DNA of 64,000 nucleotides from Chrysomallon squamiferum (GCA_012295275.1 CM022667.1:13702001-13766000); one strand, 5' to 3'; shown: positions 42,208-56,824, numbered from the stretch's first letter. Notes: generated from the letters alone by a model not told the origin. Program-made: numbers and translations.

Positions 42208-42427
42208 ACCACTCAGAATGCCTCCCCTTCCTCCAACTCTCCACTGAAGGAAGAGAGGAACGGTCATCAATGACGAGGAGCGAGTCACCGAAAAGGTGAC
42301 ACTCCCAGTCCGCTTCGCGCTCAGAAGAGGAGGCTGTGTCTCGTCCTCGTGGTCTCGGTCGTTCGTCAGTGTTACGTGACGTCTTGGCGATGCATACTAT
42401 AGAAATGATCCCTAAAAGTATGATCTT
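42208..42427 (-). ncRNA. U3: U3 snoRNA, canonical length, chimeric flanks
   Basis: Canonical gene body and canonical-type promoter with private substitutions, but the 3' flank of the expanded type. Confidence 0.93.
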
Positions 42428-43377
42428 AAATCGTATAGTCTCCGGATAACGTGTATAGAAAACAGTATTCGATTTCAGTATGGTTCGTTAATCATGCATA
42501 TTAATATATTCGTTTCAGTCTTTATTAATTAATCCATAACTCGTGAAAGTAATTCTAATACTTTTGGTAGTTAATATGACTGTAGTTTCTTCTTTTGTTT
42601 AATTCTATTTATTTTATCGATTTATGAGTGCTAACTTTTCTTGAATGTCGAGTTTTCTATTTAATTCTTTTTGTTTGTGTTTTTGACCGAGTCAAATTAT
42701 TTTTAAAGACTGAACTGAACTTCAAAATATTTTAGTATGTCTGTGTAATTCTAGAGAACATTCTCCTTACTCAAAGGTTCTCGCAAGTTCTAACTATAAT
42801 ACTGGATTAATAATTATCATTAAAACTTTTTCAAATACTGCCTCTGTGTATTTGAGTGTATGCGTGGGTGTGTTTCCGTTTACGTATATGAGTATGTACG
42901 TGAATTTTTATAAATATATACACTGAAAGAAAATAGTAAATTGAAAACAAAGAAACAAACAAATAAATAAATAAGGAAATAATTTAAAATATGTCAGGTA
43001 ATTATAATAAAAACGATTAATGAGGATAAAGTCTTGTCTTTGTAAACATCTTTGTTGACGTTGGTGTTAAAGAAAAAGCACTGGACAATGAGATACAGAT
43101 CTGTTACCATTTTTCGGATTCTTAACATTAAACAACGACAACAACAACAACAACAACAACAACAACACTACCAGTACTACTAATAATAATACAAAATAAA
43201 ATAAAATAAGCAGACAGTTAAATGAATTTAAAAAAGAAAAAAGATGTAGGAATATCAATATTTATGATTTAACCAGTACAAGTTCTTGGTGAACAAACAT
43301 CTTTATTCCAGCGTTGAACAGTGAGTAAAGACAATTGATGTTTGTTGCTATTTTTGGTTTTTTAAAAACGTTTGTGG

Positions 43378-43951
43378 ACCACTCAGAATGCCTCCCCTTC
43401 CTCCAACTCTCCACTGAAGGAAGAGAGGAACGGTCATCAATGACGAGGAGCGAGTCGCCGAAAAGGTGACACTCACAGACCCACTCACAGTCCCACTCCC
43501 CCAGACCCGCACCCTGTCCCACTCCCACTCCCAGACCCGCACCCTGTCCCACTCCCACTCCCAGACCCACTCCCCCTCCCACTCCCAGACCCGCACCCTG
43601 TCCCACTCCCACTCCCAGACCCGCACCCTGTCCCACTCCCACTCCCAGTCCCCCAGACCCACACCCTGTCCCACTCCCACTCCCAGTCCCCCAAACCCAC
43701 ACCCTGTCCCAGTCCCCCAAACCCACACCCTGTCCCACTCCCCTCCCCCCCCCAGTCCCACTCCCACTTCCCAGTCCCACTTCGCAGTCCCACTCCCCAG
43801 TCCCACTTCGCAGTCCCACTCCCCAGTCCCAGTCCGCTTCGCGCTCAGAATAGGATACTGTGTCTCGTCCTCGTGGTCTCGGTCGTTCGTCAGTGTTACT
43901 TGACGTCTTAGCGATGCATACTATAGAAATGATCCCTAAAAGTATGATCTT
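43378..43951 (-). ncRNA. U3: U3 snoRNA, expanded variant (574 nt)
   Basis: All boxes intact; 354-nt G-rich insert. Confidence 0.85.
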
Positions 43952-45079
43952 AAATTGTACAGGTTCCGGGATAGAGCATATATGAAACAGTATTCGTTTT
44001 CAGAATGGTACGTTGATCATACATATTAATATAATCATTTCAGTTTTTGTTAATTAATCCATAATTCGTAAATGTAATTCTAATACATCATATAGTTAAT
44101 ATTAATGTTATTTGTTCTTTTATTTAATATAATTGATTTTGTCGACTGAACAAAGGTAACTTTTCAGGGATATCGAGATGTTTATTTAATTACATATTTT
44201 AGGTTTTTGACCGAGTCAAATGAATTTTACAGACTGAACTGAATATTATTTTGTTTTTCTTTTGTTACATTGGTGTGTTTCTAGAAATTATTATTAGAAC
44301 GTTTTGAAGTACCATGTATTTGTTTATATGTATGTTTGTGTATACACGAATCTCAATAGTTCCATGAAAATAGATACTGAAGAAAAAAGTAAACAACTGA
44401 AAATGTAAAATAAATAAATAAATATTTTAAAATTGTCCAGAAAACATGTCACGTAATTATAACGAAAACGATTAACGATGATAAAGTGTTGTTTTTATAA
44501 ACATCTTCGGTGATGCTGGCGTTAAACAATCAGCAGTAGTCAATCAGATACAGAACTGTGACCATTTTTCGTGTTCTTAACCGACAACAACAACAACAAA
44601 GAAAATGAATGAATGAATGAATGAATGAATTATTTTAAAAATAAAATAAAATAAAATACTGTTGCACGAATATCGGTTTTTACGACTGTTGATAATTTAA
44701 CATCTTACTGAAGAAACATCTTTGTCATTTCTTTGAGTACATCAAGGACATGCTGGAAGTGTGCAGGCCAAGTAGGATCACATAACTCATACAGATTAAT
44801 AACATCAAGAATAAGAACTACACACTCCCAAGTAACATCAGTGAGGTCGAAACAGCAGCTACATTCAAAACATTGCTAAATAATTTGTTTCTTTTCAGTC
44901 CACTTTGTTTTCAATTTTTAAACATTCAAGCTAGTCTGTTAACTATTTTAAACACCTTTAAATATGTTAATGTCGAAGGCTTTCTCATATTTTAGATTAT
45001 CAGTTTACATTAGCGTTAAAGGGCTAGTAAATATCAATAATATATTTGACTGTTTTGTTTTTAAAAAAATTGGTTGTGG

Positions 45080-45301
45080 ACCACTCAGAATGCCTCCCCC
45101 CTTCCTCCAACTCTCCACTGAAGGAAGAGAGGAACGGTCATCAATGACGAGGAGCGAGTCACCGAAAAGGTGACACTCCCAGTCCGCTTCGCGCTCAGAA
45201 GAGGAGGCTGTGTCTCGTCCTCGTGGTCTCGGTCGTTCGTCAGTGTTACGTGACGTCTTGGCGATGCATACTATAGAAATGATCCCTAAAAGTATGATCT
45301 T
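45080..45301 (-). ncRNA. U3: U3 snoRNA, canonical length (222 nt)
   Basis: As 38156-38375 with two extra G in a homopolymer near the 3' end. Confidence 0.93.
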
Positions 45302-46015
45302 AAATTGTACAGTTTCCGGATAATGTGTATAGAAAACAGTGTTCGGTTTCAGTATGGTACGTTAATCATGCATATTAATATATTCGTTTCAGTCTTTATT
45401 AATTAATCCATAACTCGTAAAAATAATTCTAATACTTTTGGTAGTTAAGATGACTGTAGTTTCTTCTTTTGTTTCATTCTATTTATTTTATCGATTTAAG
45501 AGTGCTAACTTTTCTTGAATGTCGAGTTTTCTATTTAATTCTTTTTGTTGGTGTTTTTGACCGAGTCAAATTATTTTTAAAGACTGAACTGAACTTCAAA
45601 ATATTTTAGTATGTCTGTGTAATTCTAGAGAACATTCTCCTTACTCAAAGGTTCTCGCAAGTTCTAACTATAATACTGGATTAATAATTATCATTAAAAC
45701 TTTTTCAAATACTGCCTCTGTGTATTTGAGTGTATGCGCGCGTGGGTGTGTTTCCGTTTACGTATATGAGTATGTACGTGAATTTTTATAAATATATACA
45801 CTGAAAGAAAATAGTAAATTGAAAACAAAGAAACAAACAAATAAATAAATAAGGAAATAATTTAAAATATGTCAGGTAATTATAATAAAAACGATTAATG
45901 AGGATAAAGTCTTGTCTTTGTAAACATCTTTGTTGACGTTGGTGTTAAAGAAAAAGCACTGGACAATGAGATACAGATCTGTTACCATTTTTCGGATTCT
46001 TAACATTAAACAACG

Positions 46016-46048
<33 letters not shown>

Positions 46049-46260
46049 CTACCAGTACTAATAATAATAATACAAAATAAAATAAAATAAGAAGTCACAG
46101 TTAAATGAATTTAAAAAAGAAAAAAGATGTAGGAATATCAATATTTATGATTTAACCAGTACAAGTTCTTGGTGAACAAACATCTTTATTCCAGCGTTGA
46201 ACAGTGAGTAAAGACAATTGATGTTTGTTGCTATTTTTGGTTTTTTAAAAACGTTTGTGG

Positions 46261-46818
46261 ACCACTCAGAATGCCTCCCCTTCCTCCAACTCTCCACTGA
46301 AGGAAGAGAGGAACGGTCATCAATGACGAGGAGCGAGTCGCCGAAAAGGTGACACTCACAGACCCACTCACAGTCCCACTCCCCCAGACCCGCACCCTGT
46401 CCCACTCCCACTCCCAGACCCACTCACAGTCCCACTCCCCCAGACCCGCACCCTGTCCCACTCCCACTCCCAGACCCCGACGCACCCTGTCCCACTCCCA
46501 CTCCCAGTCCCCCAGACCCACACCCTGTCCCACTCCCACTCCCAGTCCCCCAGACCCACACCCTGTCCCACTCCCACTCCCAGTCCCCCAAACCCACACC
46601 CTGTCCCAGTCCCCCAAACCCACACCCTGTCCCACTCCCACTCCCCAGTCCCACTCCCACTTCCCAGTCCCACTTCGCAGTCCCACTCCCCAGTCCCAGT
46701 CCGCTTCGCGCTCAGAATAGGATGCTGTGTCTCGTCCTCGTGGTCTCGGTCGTTCGTCAGTGTTACTTGACGTCTTAGCGATGCATACTATAGAAATGAT
46801 CCCTAAAAGTATGATCTT
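46261..46818 (-). ncRNA. U3: U3 snoRNA, expanded variant (558 nt)
   Basis: All boxes intact; 338-nt G-rich insert. Confidence 0.85.
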
Positions 46819-47964
46819 AAATTGTACAGGTTCCGGGATAGAGCATATATGAAACAGTATTCGTTTTCAGAATGGTACGTTGATCATACATATTAATATA
46901 ATCATTTCAGTTTTTGTTAATTAATCCATAATTCGTAAATGTAATTCTAATACATCATATAGTTAATATTAATGTTATTTGTTCTTTTATTTAATATAAT
47001 TGATTTTGTCGACTGAACAAAGGTAACTTTTCAGGGATATCGAGATGTTTATTTAATTACATATTTTAGGTTTTTGACCGAGTCAAATGAATTTTACAGA
47101 CTGAACTGAATATTATTTTGTTTTTCTTTTGTTACATTGGTGTGTTTCTAGAAATTATTATTAGAACGTTTTGAAGTACCATGTATTTGTTTATATGTAT
47201 GTTTGTGTATACACGAATCTCAATAGTTCCATGAAAATAGATACTGAAGAAAAAAGTAAACAACTGAAAATGTAAAATAAATAAATAAATATTTTAAAAT
47301 TGTCCAGAAAACATGTCACGTAATTATAACGAAAACGATTAACGATGATAAAGTGTTGTTTTTATAAACATCTTCGGTGATGCTGGCGTTAAACAATCAG
47401 CAGTAGTCAATCAGATACAGAACTGTGACCATTTTTCGTGTTCTTAACCGACAACAACAACAACAACAACAAAGAAAATGAATGAATGAATGAATGAATG
47501 AATTATTTTAAAAATAAAATAAAATAAAATACTGTTGCACGAATATCGGTTTTTACGACTGTTGATAATTTAACATCTTACTGAAGAAACATCTTTGTCA
47601 TTTCTTTGAGTACATCAAGGACATGCTGGAAGTGTGCAGGCCAAGTAGGATCACATAACTCATACAGATTAATAACATCAAGAATAAGAACTACACACTC
47701 CCAAGTAACATCAGTGAGGTCGAAACAGCAGCTACATTCAAAACATTGCTAAATAATTTGTTTCTTTTCAGTCCACTTTGTTTTCAATTTTTAAACATTC
47801 AAGCTAGTCTGTTAACTATTTTAAACACCTTTAAATATGTTAATGTCGAAGGCTTCTCATATTTTAGATTATCAGTTTACATTAGCGTTAAAGGGCTAGT
47901 AAATTCATAAATTGAACCAAAATATATTTGACTGACTTTTGTTTTTGTTGGAAATTGGTTGTGG

Positions 47965-48186
47965 ACCAGAATGCCTCCCCTTCCTCCAACTCTCCACTGA
48001 AGGAAGAGAGGAACGGTCATCAATGACGAGGAGCGAGTCACCGAAAAGGTGACACTCCCAGTCCCATTTTTTAATATAATCTCAGAAGAGGAGGCTGTGT
48101 CTCGTCCTCGTGGTCTCGGTCGTTCGTCAGTTACGTGACGTCTTGGCGATGCATACTATAGAAATGATCCCTAAAAGTATGATCTT
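47965..48186 (-). pseudogene. U3: U3 pseudogene at the array edge
   Basis: A 4-nt deletion removes box D and part of the terminal stem (TTCTGGTCC), box B is replaced by AT-rich sequence, the hinge has a 2-nt deletion, and the upstream promoter is absent. Confidence 0.85.
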
Positions 48187-48711
48187 AACTGCGACTAGAA
48201 ACAACAACAAAACAACAACGTCGCGGCTGTAGTTGTTTGAAAGGGGCGACAAAAAATATACAATAAAGCTTCTAGTAATCAGATGTTGTTGCATTTTCAT
48301 TAATATCACTGACTCGTTAGGACATCGGGTGATAGATAGAGAGATTATGCAGAAGCAGATAATAGTATGGAAGGATGAAATGATGGATACACATACATAC
48401 ATACGTATACAGAGACATACATACATACACACATGCACATACATGCATAGCACTGTTATTTAATTCACCGAAAACGGTCACTGTATAATAATATTATTAT
48501 GAATGCAAACTCCACGTTGTGTGAGTATTTTTATTGCAGTGGAGTGTTATTTCCTTTTAAAAACACGATGTTAAAACTTTTTCCACTGCCAAGATTAGAG
48601 TGCTGTAGTAACATATCTGTATATTTTAAAACAAATTGTTTATGAAACAGTTTGAGCAAAACTACCCGTAATTTACACCTGGAATCTTTCTTAGAATATA
48701 TATATAGAACA

Positions 48712-48746
<35 letters not shown>

Positions 48747-49520
48747 TGATCGACAATAATCTTAAATTATTGTTAATATATGGAAGAGTATAATATTCCT
48801 TTGTTTGTTATAAATTTCAGACAATGTTGTTTATATTCCAAAGCCATTTTCATCATTTAGTTGCTTTCTACATGTTTGCTTTGTTCGTTCTTTTCAAATA
48901 ATATATCAAACCCCTTTTATATATCTAGTGTGCTTCAGTATTAATTTCATCGGAAGAAGGAAACAAACAAAAAAAACCCCCAAACAAACAACAACAACTA
49001 CTCCCCAAACAAAAAACAACAACACCAAAAACAGACTCTAAAAACAAAAACACAAAACCACACTAAAAAGCAACAAACCGCTCAACAAACCCCCAACAAA
49101 AAAATTCCAGCAACAATAAACAATCTAGAAAAAATGAGATTAAAAAACAAAAACATTTTCGCCTACTAAAGATACCCTTGCTTATAAAAACGTGACGTTT
49201 TGTTCATTGATCGCCAAATTGTATCGATCGTTTTGTGTGGATTATAAAATTATTTTAATTTTAATTTTTGATTTATTCTTGATATTTTTGTCCATTTATT
49301 GCTGTCTTCTTTCTGTGTAAATTCTCATACAAATGTAGACATAAAACACAAACACAAACACACATTTACATTCACATGCACATACACACACAATTCACAC
49401 ACACACACACACACATACACAGAAACACACACACACAAAGTACTTCGAAATGTTTTAATAATAATTATTCCGGTGTTATAATAAGTTGTAGTAGGAGTGG
49501 GATTGGGAGTAGGAGTGGGA

Positions 49521-49596
<76 letters not shown>

Positions 49597-51200
49597 ACAT
49601 TTTGAAATAGGGAGTGGGACTGGGATTGGGACTGGTAGTGGTAGTTTGCTTGCGTGCCTGGGAGAGAGAAAGAGAGTATAAATTTTAAAATAATAAAAAA
49701 TGGCAGTAAGAATAATTAAAAAAATAATTAATGGGTATTTCTTTTCAAAAATAATCTTTAAAAATCAAAATAAAACGTGTTATTAGACAGAAATGAAACA
49801 CGGAAAATAGAGATAATTTACGCCTTGACTTCGGTTTTGACTTCGTCATATTCCGTTCAACTTCGTTTAGAAATAAGACAGTAACAGTTACATGACGTCA
49901 TTTAGTAACTTGTAAACTCAAGAATACGTTTTGAAAATTGTGAAAGGATGACAAATTAGATTTATTTTGAAAATTTCACCTACATGGTAAGGATTTTTAA
50001 AAATATTTTGGAACAAAACTGTAATGATGGTTGTTTTTATAATTTTTTTAATTTTTTTTTATCTTTAGTAGAAAGAGCCAGCGTTTCTGGATTGTAAATA
50101 CATATTTATCAAAATGTCTGTCTGTCTCTGTGTATGTTTTAATTTATGAATTTTTTTATGTTTTTTTTTTTTTGTCTTGCTCTTCTTTTCTTCTTTATTT
50201 AATTGAATTGAATTTATTTTATGCAAATGTTGTTATTGTTGTTGTTATTATTATTGTTGTTGTGTTATTATTATTATAGTTGTTGTGAAACTTAGTAATT
50301 TTTACATTTTTCTGGAAACATATAAATAATAATAAAAAAAAAAAAAACAACTTCAGTTGTTCCTTCAAAATAATGACTGCTCAAATAAGAGATATTTATT
50401 GGAATATGATATAGTTTATGTATATGTTAATGATAATTAGTATATTATTATTGATAATAAAAATGATTAATAGCAGGTAATATTTTTTTATGTGTGAAGA
50501 TTAATGATGCATCCTTTCTAAGTGAAAGTAAATTAATTAAAAATGATGATAGATTTGTACTATTTTATTTTTCTATCATACTGTAATGTTGATGAAAATC
50601 GTTTGTGTTCGTGTGTCAGTCTTTGTGTCTGTGTGTGTGTGTATATATATATATATATGTAAGTGTGTATGTATGAATGTATATATATATATGTTGTGTA
50701 TATAAGATATATGTGTATATAGTATGTACGTATGTACATATGTATTGGTTGTTCGTATATATGTGTGTATATATACACATATGTACCTAATTATGTATGT
50801 ATGTATGAATGTATGTAGGGTTTTTGTACTTTTTTTTTACTTACTGTATTTTTTTATTTTTCTTAGGTTTTATTTTTTTTATTACTGTCATTTTTAATAG
50901 CAAAAGCAACAGAAATTGTTGTTGTAGTAAAACAAGTATTAGAGTAGAGTCAGCAACAGTTGTTGTCGATTTTGAAAGTAGCAGCAGTCGTGATTATAAA
51001 TATGTTGCTGGAGATAACGATGAAACTTTGAAACGTTGTAGAAAAACCGCATTTAACATCCATTGTTAACAACAGCATCATCAACTACAAGAGCACGCGC
51101 GACTACAACAAGAAGCACAACAATAATAACACAACAGTAACAGCAGTAATAATAATAAAATAACGACAACGTCAACGACAACAAAAACAACAACAACAAC

Positions 51201-51246
<46 letters not shown>

Positions 51247-51878
51247 GTCATGACAATGAACAACAAACTCGATAAGCAAAATAAATTAAATAAACAATTT
51301 TACATATAATGTCTTCCGTACTTATTATCATGTTATCAGTTCATGATGACTTTATATCAGTTTATTTCCATATCTGTTTTTTAATAAATATATATCTCTT
51401 TATTACCACAGTATTCATAATTTCGGTTAAGCATCTGCTTTATAAAAAGAATAAAGGTTGTCATTAAATACAATTGTTAATAAGTTATATGGTGAAAAAC
51501 GAGAGAGACAAAGCAGTTCTTTTTGTTATTGACGAATATAGTCATTTCCTCCTAGATTAGTCGTCCAGTTTCATTTTATTGAACACTTACAACAGAAAAT
51601 ATTTCTTTTGTTTTTATAGGGGATGGTAAAATAATTCAGGACAATATTACAAAGTAAACAATGCGAAACGGTCGATGAAAACTGCACAAAGAGATCAATT
51701 AAAAGATAAACATTCGTCATGAACGACAGCACGAAATAAAAAGACAACGCTGTTGACAGCGTTTCGACAGTCTCAGGATCGCGTCGTAGGTAAACGACAA
51801 ACGATACGACCACATTGTTAGACACACACACAATCTACATATCTTTGTCACGGAATATCGCACATCGTGGCAACCGCG

Positions 51879-52389
51879 ATGCATTTTCTGTCGACGCTCT
51901 TGTCGTTGTTACCCATCCTTGCCGCCGTTGTCGCCAGCTGCCCGTGGGACGAGTCCGGTTTGCTTCCCTGGTCAGGCGGTGCAGCCACGTGGGGTAGCCA
52001 AGCCGACGTCCCCACACAAGGTTCGGACGTTGTCGTCCCCGCCAATAAAAAAATCATTTTAGACGTATCACCGCCGTCGTTGAGGACGCTGACGATTGAA
52101 GCTGGCGCTGCCTTGATTTGGGGAAACGTCGACGATTTGACGCTGGAGTCGTCTTATATTCTGGTCAACGGAAGGTTTGAAATCGGAAGCGCAGCCTGCA
52201 GATTTGAGAGGAAAGCGACCATCATTCTTGCAGGTAATTTAATAATAATAATAATAGTAGTAGTAGTAGTAGTAGTAATAATAATAATAATAATAGTAGT
52301 AGTAGTAGTAGTAGTGGTAGTAGTAGTAGTGGTAGTAGTAGTAGTAGTAATAATAATAATAATAGTAGTAGTAGTAGTAGTAGTAATAA

Positions 52390-52422
<33 letters not shown>

Positions 52423-52487
52423 TAGTAGTAGTAGTAATAATAATAATAATAATAATAGTAGTAGTAATAGTGGTAGTAGTAGTAGTG

Positions 52488-52529
<42 letters not shown>

Positions 52530-54422
52530 ATAATAATAACAATAATGATAATAATTTCAAATGTAAGATTAAATGCAAATTAAATAAACAAGCGTGGTAT
52601 CAGATTTCCTAAAAAAAAAAAAAAAAAAATAGAAAAAAAGGAGAAAACACCAAATATTTCTTGTCGGTATAGCCTTTTTTTTTTTTTAAAAAATTTGATT
52701 ACTGTTTAAACACATTCTAACCCGACTTCTTGAAAGTTTCATCACGTAATAACGTTTTAACGCTCTAAATATTCACGGAATTTAGCCAAACGACAGGAAT
52801 GTCGAGTGATAGGCATAACAAATATTGTTATCTGGTCGTCGGTTTTAATGAATGAAATTATGAATTAAATGACATATTTTTTATATGGCTTTGATTGTAT
52901 ATACACGCAAACATACACAGATGCATTGATTTTTAGATATATACACATATACACGTAATATCAATCAAAATAATGTATTTTCTTCATTTTAAATGTTTGA
53001 TTATCACAGTACGTACACAAATATATAATATACACACGTAAATGTAGAACGCAGTGTAAAATATGTTTTCATTGCAAAAGTTTATAAAACACGTGTATCT
53101 GTGCACACACAAACATTAGTGTGTAAATAATCATTTTTAAATAGACATATACATACGTTCATAATGAAAACAATTTATAAATTTACATAAATAAACGACC
53201 ATGTATATATACATTTAACACTTAAATTATTTATTATTTCTTAACACACACACATACACACTCACACAAACACACACACAAACACACACACACACGTGCG
53301 TGCGCGCACTCTCTCTGTTTAAAACTTGAATTATAAATATTGTTTTTAACCTCTAAAATCGAAACAGCCGTTACCTTGTCCCTGAAAACTGCTAGGAGAA
53401 AACAAGAAAAAAAAAAACGTCGCTGTTTGATTCTTTCTCAACAATATGTGACCAGTAACTAGCACATCGTCAGTCATAAAAATAGAGAGAAGGAAAGAGA
53501 GAAACAAAGACAGAAAAAGAGATTGAAAGATAGAAAAAAAAAAAAAAAAAACGGAAAAAAAAAAAAAAAAAAAAATGAAAAAATGAAAAAAAAAAATCAA
53601 CACACACAAAATCACAAAGGAAAAAAACAAAAAAACCCACGAAAAACTGAAAATATATTTTATGTAATACAATTGATATAACGGCGGGCAAACCGTTCGG
53701 TTCATGATGCAAACTTGATAAGAGTTTTCAATTGAATATGTATGTATGTATGTATACAATTAATATATATCTAAAAAAAATTCTGTATGCTACGCAATAC
53801 CGGTAGCAGAAACTGAAGAATATCAGACACTTTTACATCTTTGTTTTGTGATCTGTGATCTCGCTGTGGACTGTATTTGCAGGAAAGAAAGATGAAATCC
53901 CAGCATTAGATCATTTTGATTCCAAGTTTCTTGGAGTTAACGCTGGAGCAACTTTGGAATTCCACGGCAAGGAGAAAGTCGCGTGGACCAAACTCATCCA
54001 GACTTTACCTGCAGGGGTAGAAACGTGCGGGGTGTTCCACAGTCACAAGGTAAATTTACCCCACTCAAAACTGCATCAACAGTAGACAGCACACAAAGCT
54101 TGTCTCCATATGCACGTATTTTATATATGTTCTTGCCTATATGTCTGTCTAATTGTTTGTCTGATTATCTGTTTATCTGTTTGTCCGTAAATCTGTCTGA
54201 CTTACATCTACATGTCTGTCTGAAAGTAAGTAGATCTATTTGTCCGTCAGTGTATCCATTCTTTCCACAAATAGATACATCTGTGTATCTGTATGTGTGT
54301 GTGTGTGTGTGTGTATATATATACACATACATACACAAACACACGCACACATACATGCATATATACATTCACCATTCACCCATACTCACTTAAACATACA
54401 AACACGCAAACAATCAAATAAA

Positions 54423-54461
<39 letters not shown>

Positions 54462-55221
54462 TCAAATAACTAACTAACTAACTAACTTAACTAACTGACT
54501 AAATAACTAAATAAATTGTTCTTTACAGTCGTCTCCATTCGGGTCGGAGGCAGACACTGGCTTACACAGCATCGTCTTCAACCTGGACGGCAGCGTCTTC
54601 GACTTCGATGTCTTCAAACTCTCTGATCCCATCGAGCAGTTTCTGGATTTCCTTGACGGTGAGTAGCAGCAGGAGCGCGCTTGTTCATTCTTCTTTCTCT
54701 CTTTTATTTATTTTCTCCCTCCTTTCTTTGCGATAACTGAAATGCTTCAGACAGAAAAAGATAAAATAATGATTTATAATATCGCTAAATGTTTCATTAT
54801 TATTATATATGTCTGTATATGTTTCTATATGTATGTATGTATGTATGCATTTATTTACTGATATATATATGTACGTGCGTATGTTTGAGCGTATGTATAT
54901 ATATAAAGAGTACTTAGATACGTTTTTACTAACAATTTTGTTTATGGAGGTGTTTTCCTTATCGATATTAATAAATGTTTTGTGAGTTTACATATATGAA
55001 TTATCTATTTGTTCGTTCATCCTTTATATACTTTGTATTTTGAAAATCAATATCAGTGTAAGGTCCTCATTCAGTAATGCAAGAATTCATTAACTGACAA
55101 ACAGCTGTCGAACCATTTGCTGCATTCAGATCAGATGCAGTTAATAAAAATTGTGATTGTCTTCTTTTTCTCTCTGTCAGTTTAGAAGTTGTGTTCATTA
55201 TTATTGGCATTGTTATTGTTA

Positions 55222-55255
<34 letters not shown>

Positions 55256-55431
55256 CATTATTATATTGTTCTTATGATTTTCATCATTGTTATTAATATT
55301 GTATGCACTCTGTATAGCTCTCATTTCGTCTCTATCACTGTGTCTGGCTGTTCTTTATTGTTTGTATGTGTATTTATGTTATGCACATAACTCTTTTTTT
55401 CTTCTGCGTAAGCTGAGTGTTCTTGAAGATG

Positions 55432-55491
<60 letters not shown>

Positions 55492-56267
55492 TTGTTTATT
55501 TATTTATTCATATAGTCCCTACACAAATGATACTTTTATATTAAATACATACTTGCTTGTTTATATGTGCATATGTTTAATGTAGAAAACATCTACTGGT
55601 ATTTGTCAAGGCGTCTCAAAAAAGATGTACGGAAAAGTAATTTAATAAGAAACAGATATTTTCGAAAATCTTTTGCATGATAATATAACCGAAATACGTA
55701 ACTGATAACCCCAGAGTGACACAGTTTTCTACTTGGGCTTTCACATTTTACGTTTGATATATATATCCTTACTTTAAAAAAAAAAAAAAAACTCCCTAAA
55801 TATTTCATGTATGTGTTATAAGCTTGTTAAATACTGGAATTTAATTCAATATCTAATTTTTATTGTTTTGTTTAACTATTTAAGCACTTCCCGATGACGT
55901 TGTACTAGCTGTTGCTTCAAACGGAAACTTGGGCGCCCCAGCGGACCGGTCCTGGAATGATTTGTATGAGGCACTAGAAAATGTCGGCGGACTTACTTCC
56001 GGTTCCAGTTTACTCAGGAAACTTGGTGATGACGAAGTTTACGTTTTCATCATCCTTAAAGGTAAATATGGAACAGATAATTGAAGATAAACAGTCATAC
56101 ACAGGTCTATATAAATATAAACGTACTTTGGTAAATAAATATGTATCGACGTACCAACATTAATGCATTCATACATATAACTATATAGACAAACACACAT
56201 AAATACATACACACGGCCTCTCTGTGTACTTGCCCCACTGGTAATAATAATAATAATAATAGTAATG

Positions 56268-56325
<58 letters not shown>

Positions 56326-56824
56326 CAACAACAACAACAACAGTAACAATAATAATAGCAGCAGCGCCAGCAACAAACAACAACTATAATTATATAGAAA
56401 TAACATATTTTTGATATTCAAAATGTTATGAGTAAAGAACGTCTTATAATGGCATGGTTCAAATAAACAGTTTAACTTTTTTCTTTACAGGATCGGGTGA
56501 AGCAGCTACTGAAGACTTGGGAAAACAGAACGTGAAGAAAGGTTTTGCCGAAACAAAACGTTTGACGATTAAGAAATCGGGCGTCGTTTTCAGTGCGTAC
56601 TCGAAACTGATCGGCAACCTGAAGATTAATACTAAGGGAGTGGACTTCCGAGCCTTGACACAAGAAGCCGCTGAACCAGTCATCAAAGTGAACAGAGATG
56701 TGTCGTCCTGGGAGGCAGGCAAGTACTGAGAGAGCGCGGTTAAAGGACAGAGGCTGAGAGAGGGAAAGAGGGGATAAGAGAAAAACGGGAAAAGGGAGGG
56801 AGGCGGAGAAAAATTAAGAGAGAA

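Larger units (their letters stand above)
35932..48186 (-). repeat. Tandem array of ~2.9-kb dimeric units (expanded U3 + canonical U3) with one extra ~1.17-kb monomer
   Basis: U3 3' ends at 36439, 38156, 39345, 41029, 42208, 43378, 45080, 46261, 47965. Spacers are nearly identical between units. Confidence 0.96.

Noticed and set aside
36323-46720. Gly/Trp/Ser-rich ORFs (GSGSGTG, WEWEWD, SHSHSQ) resembling silk or shell-matrix proteins
   Set aside because: Open in several frames on both strands because the hexamer repeat lacks stops; they lie inside U3 genes and the frames differ between copies.
49970-49995. ATG|GTAAGG as an upstream coding exon of the CEMIP-like gene
   Set aside because: No in-frame acceptor found and the gene already has an ATG with a signal peptide; a non-coding first exon is possible but unsupported.
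52234-52583. Long Val/Ile transmembrane-like tail of ORF 51867-52583
   Set aside because: Read-through into an intronic (GTA/ATA)n repeat; homology continues by splicing at 52233/53883.
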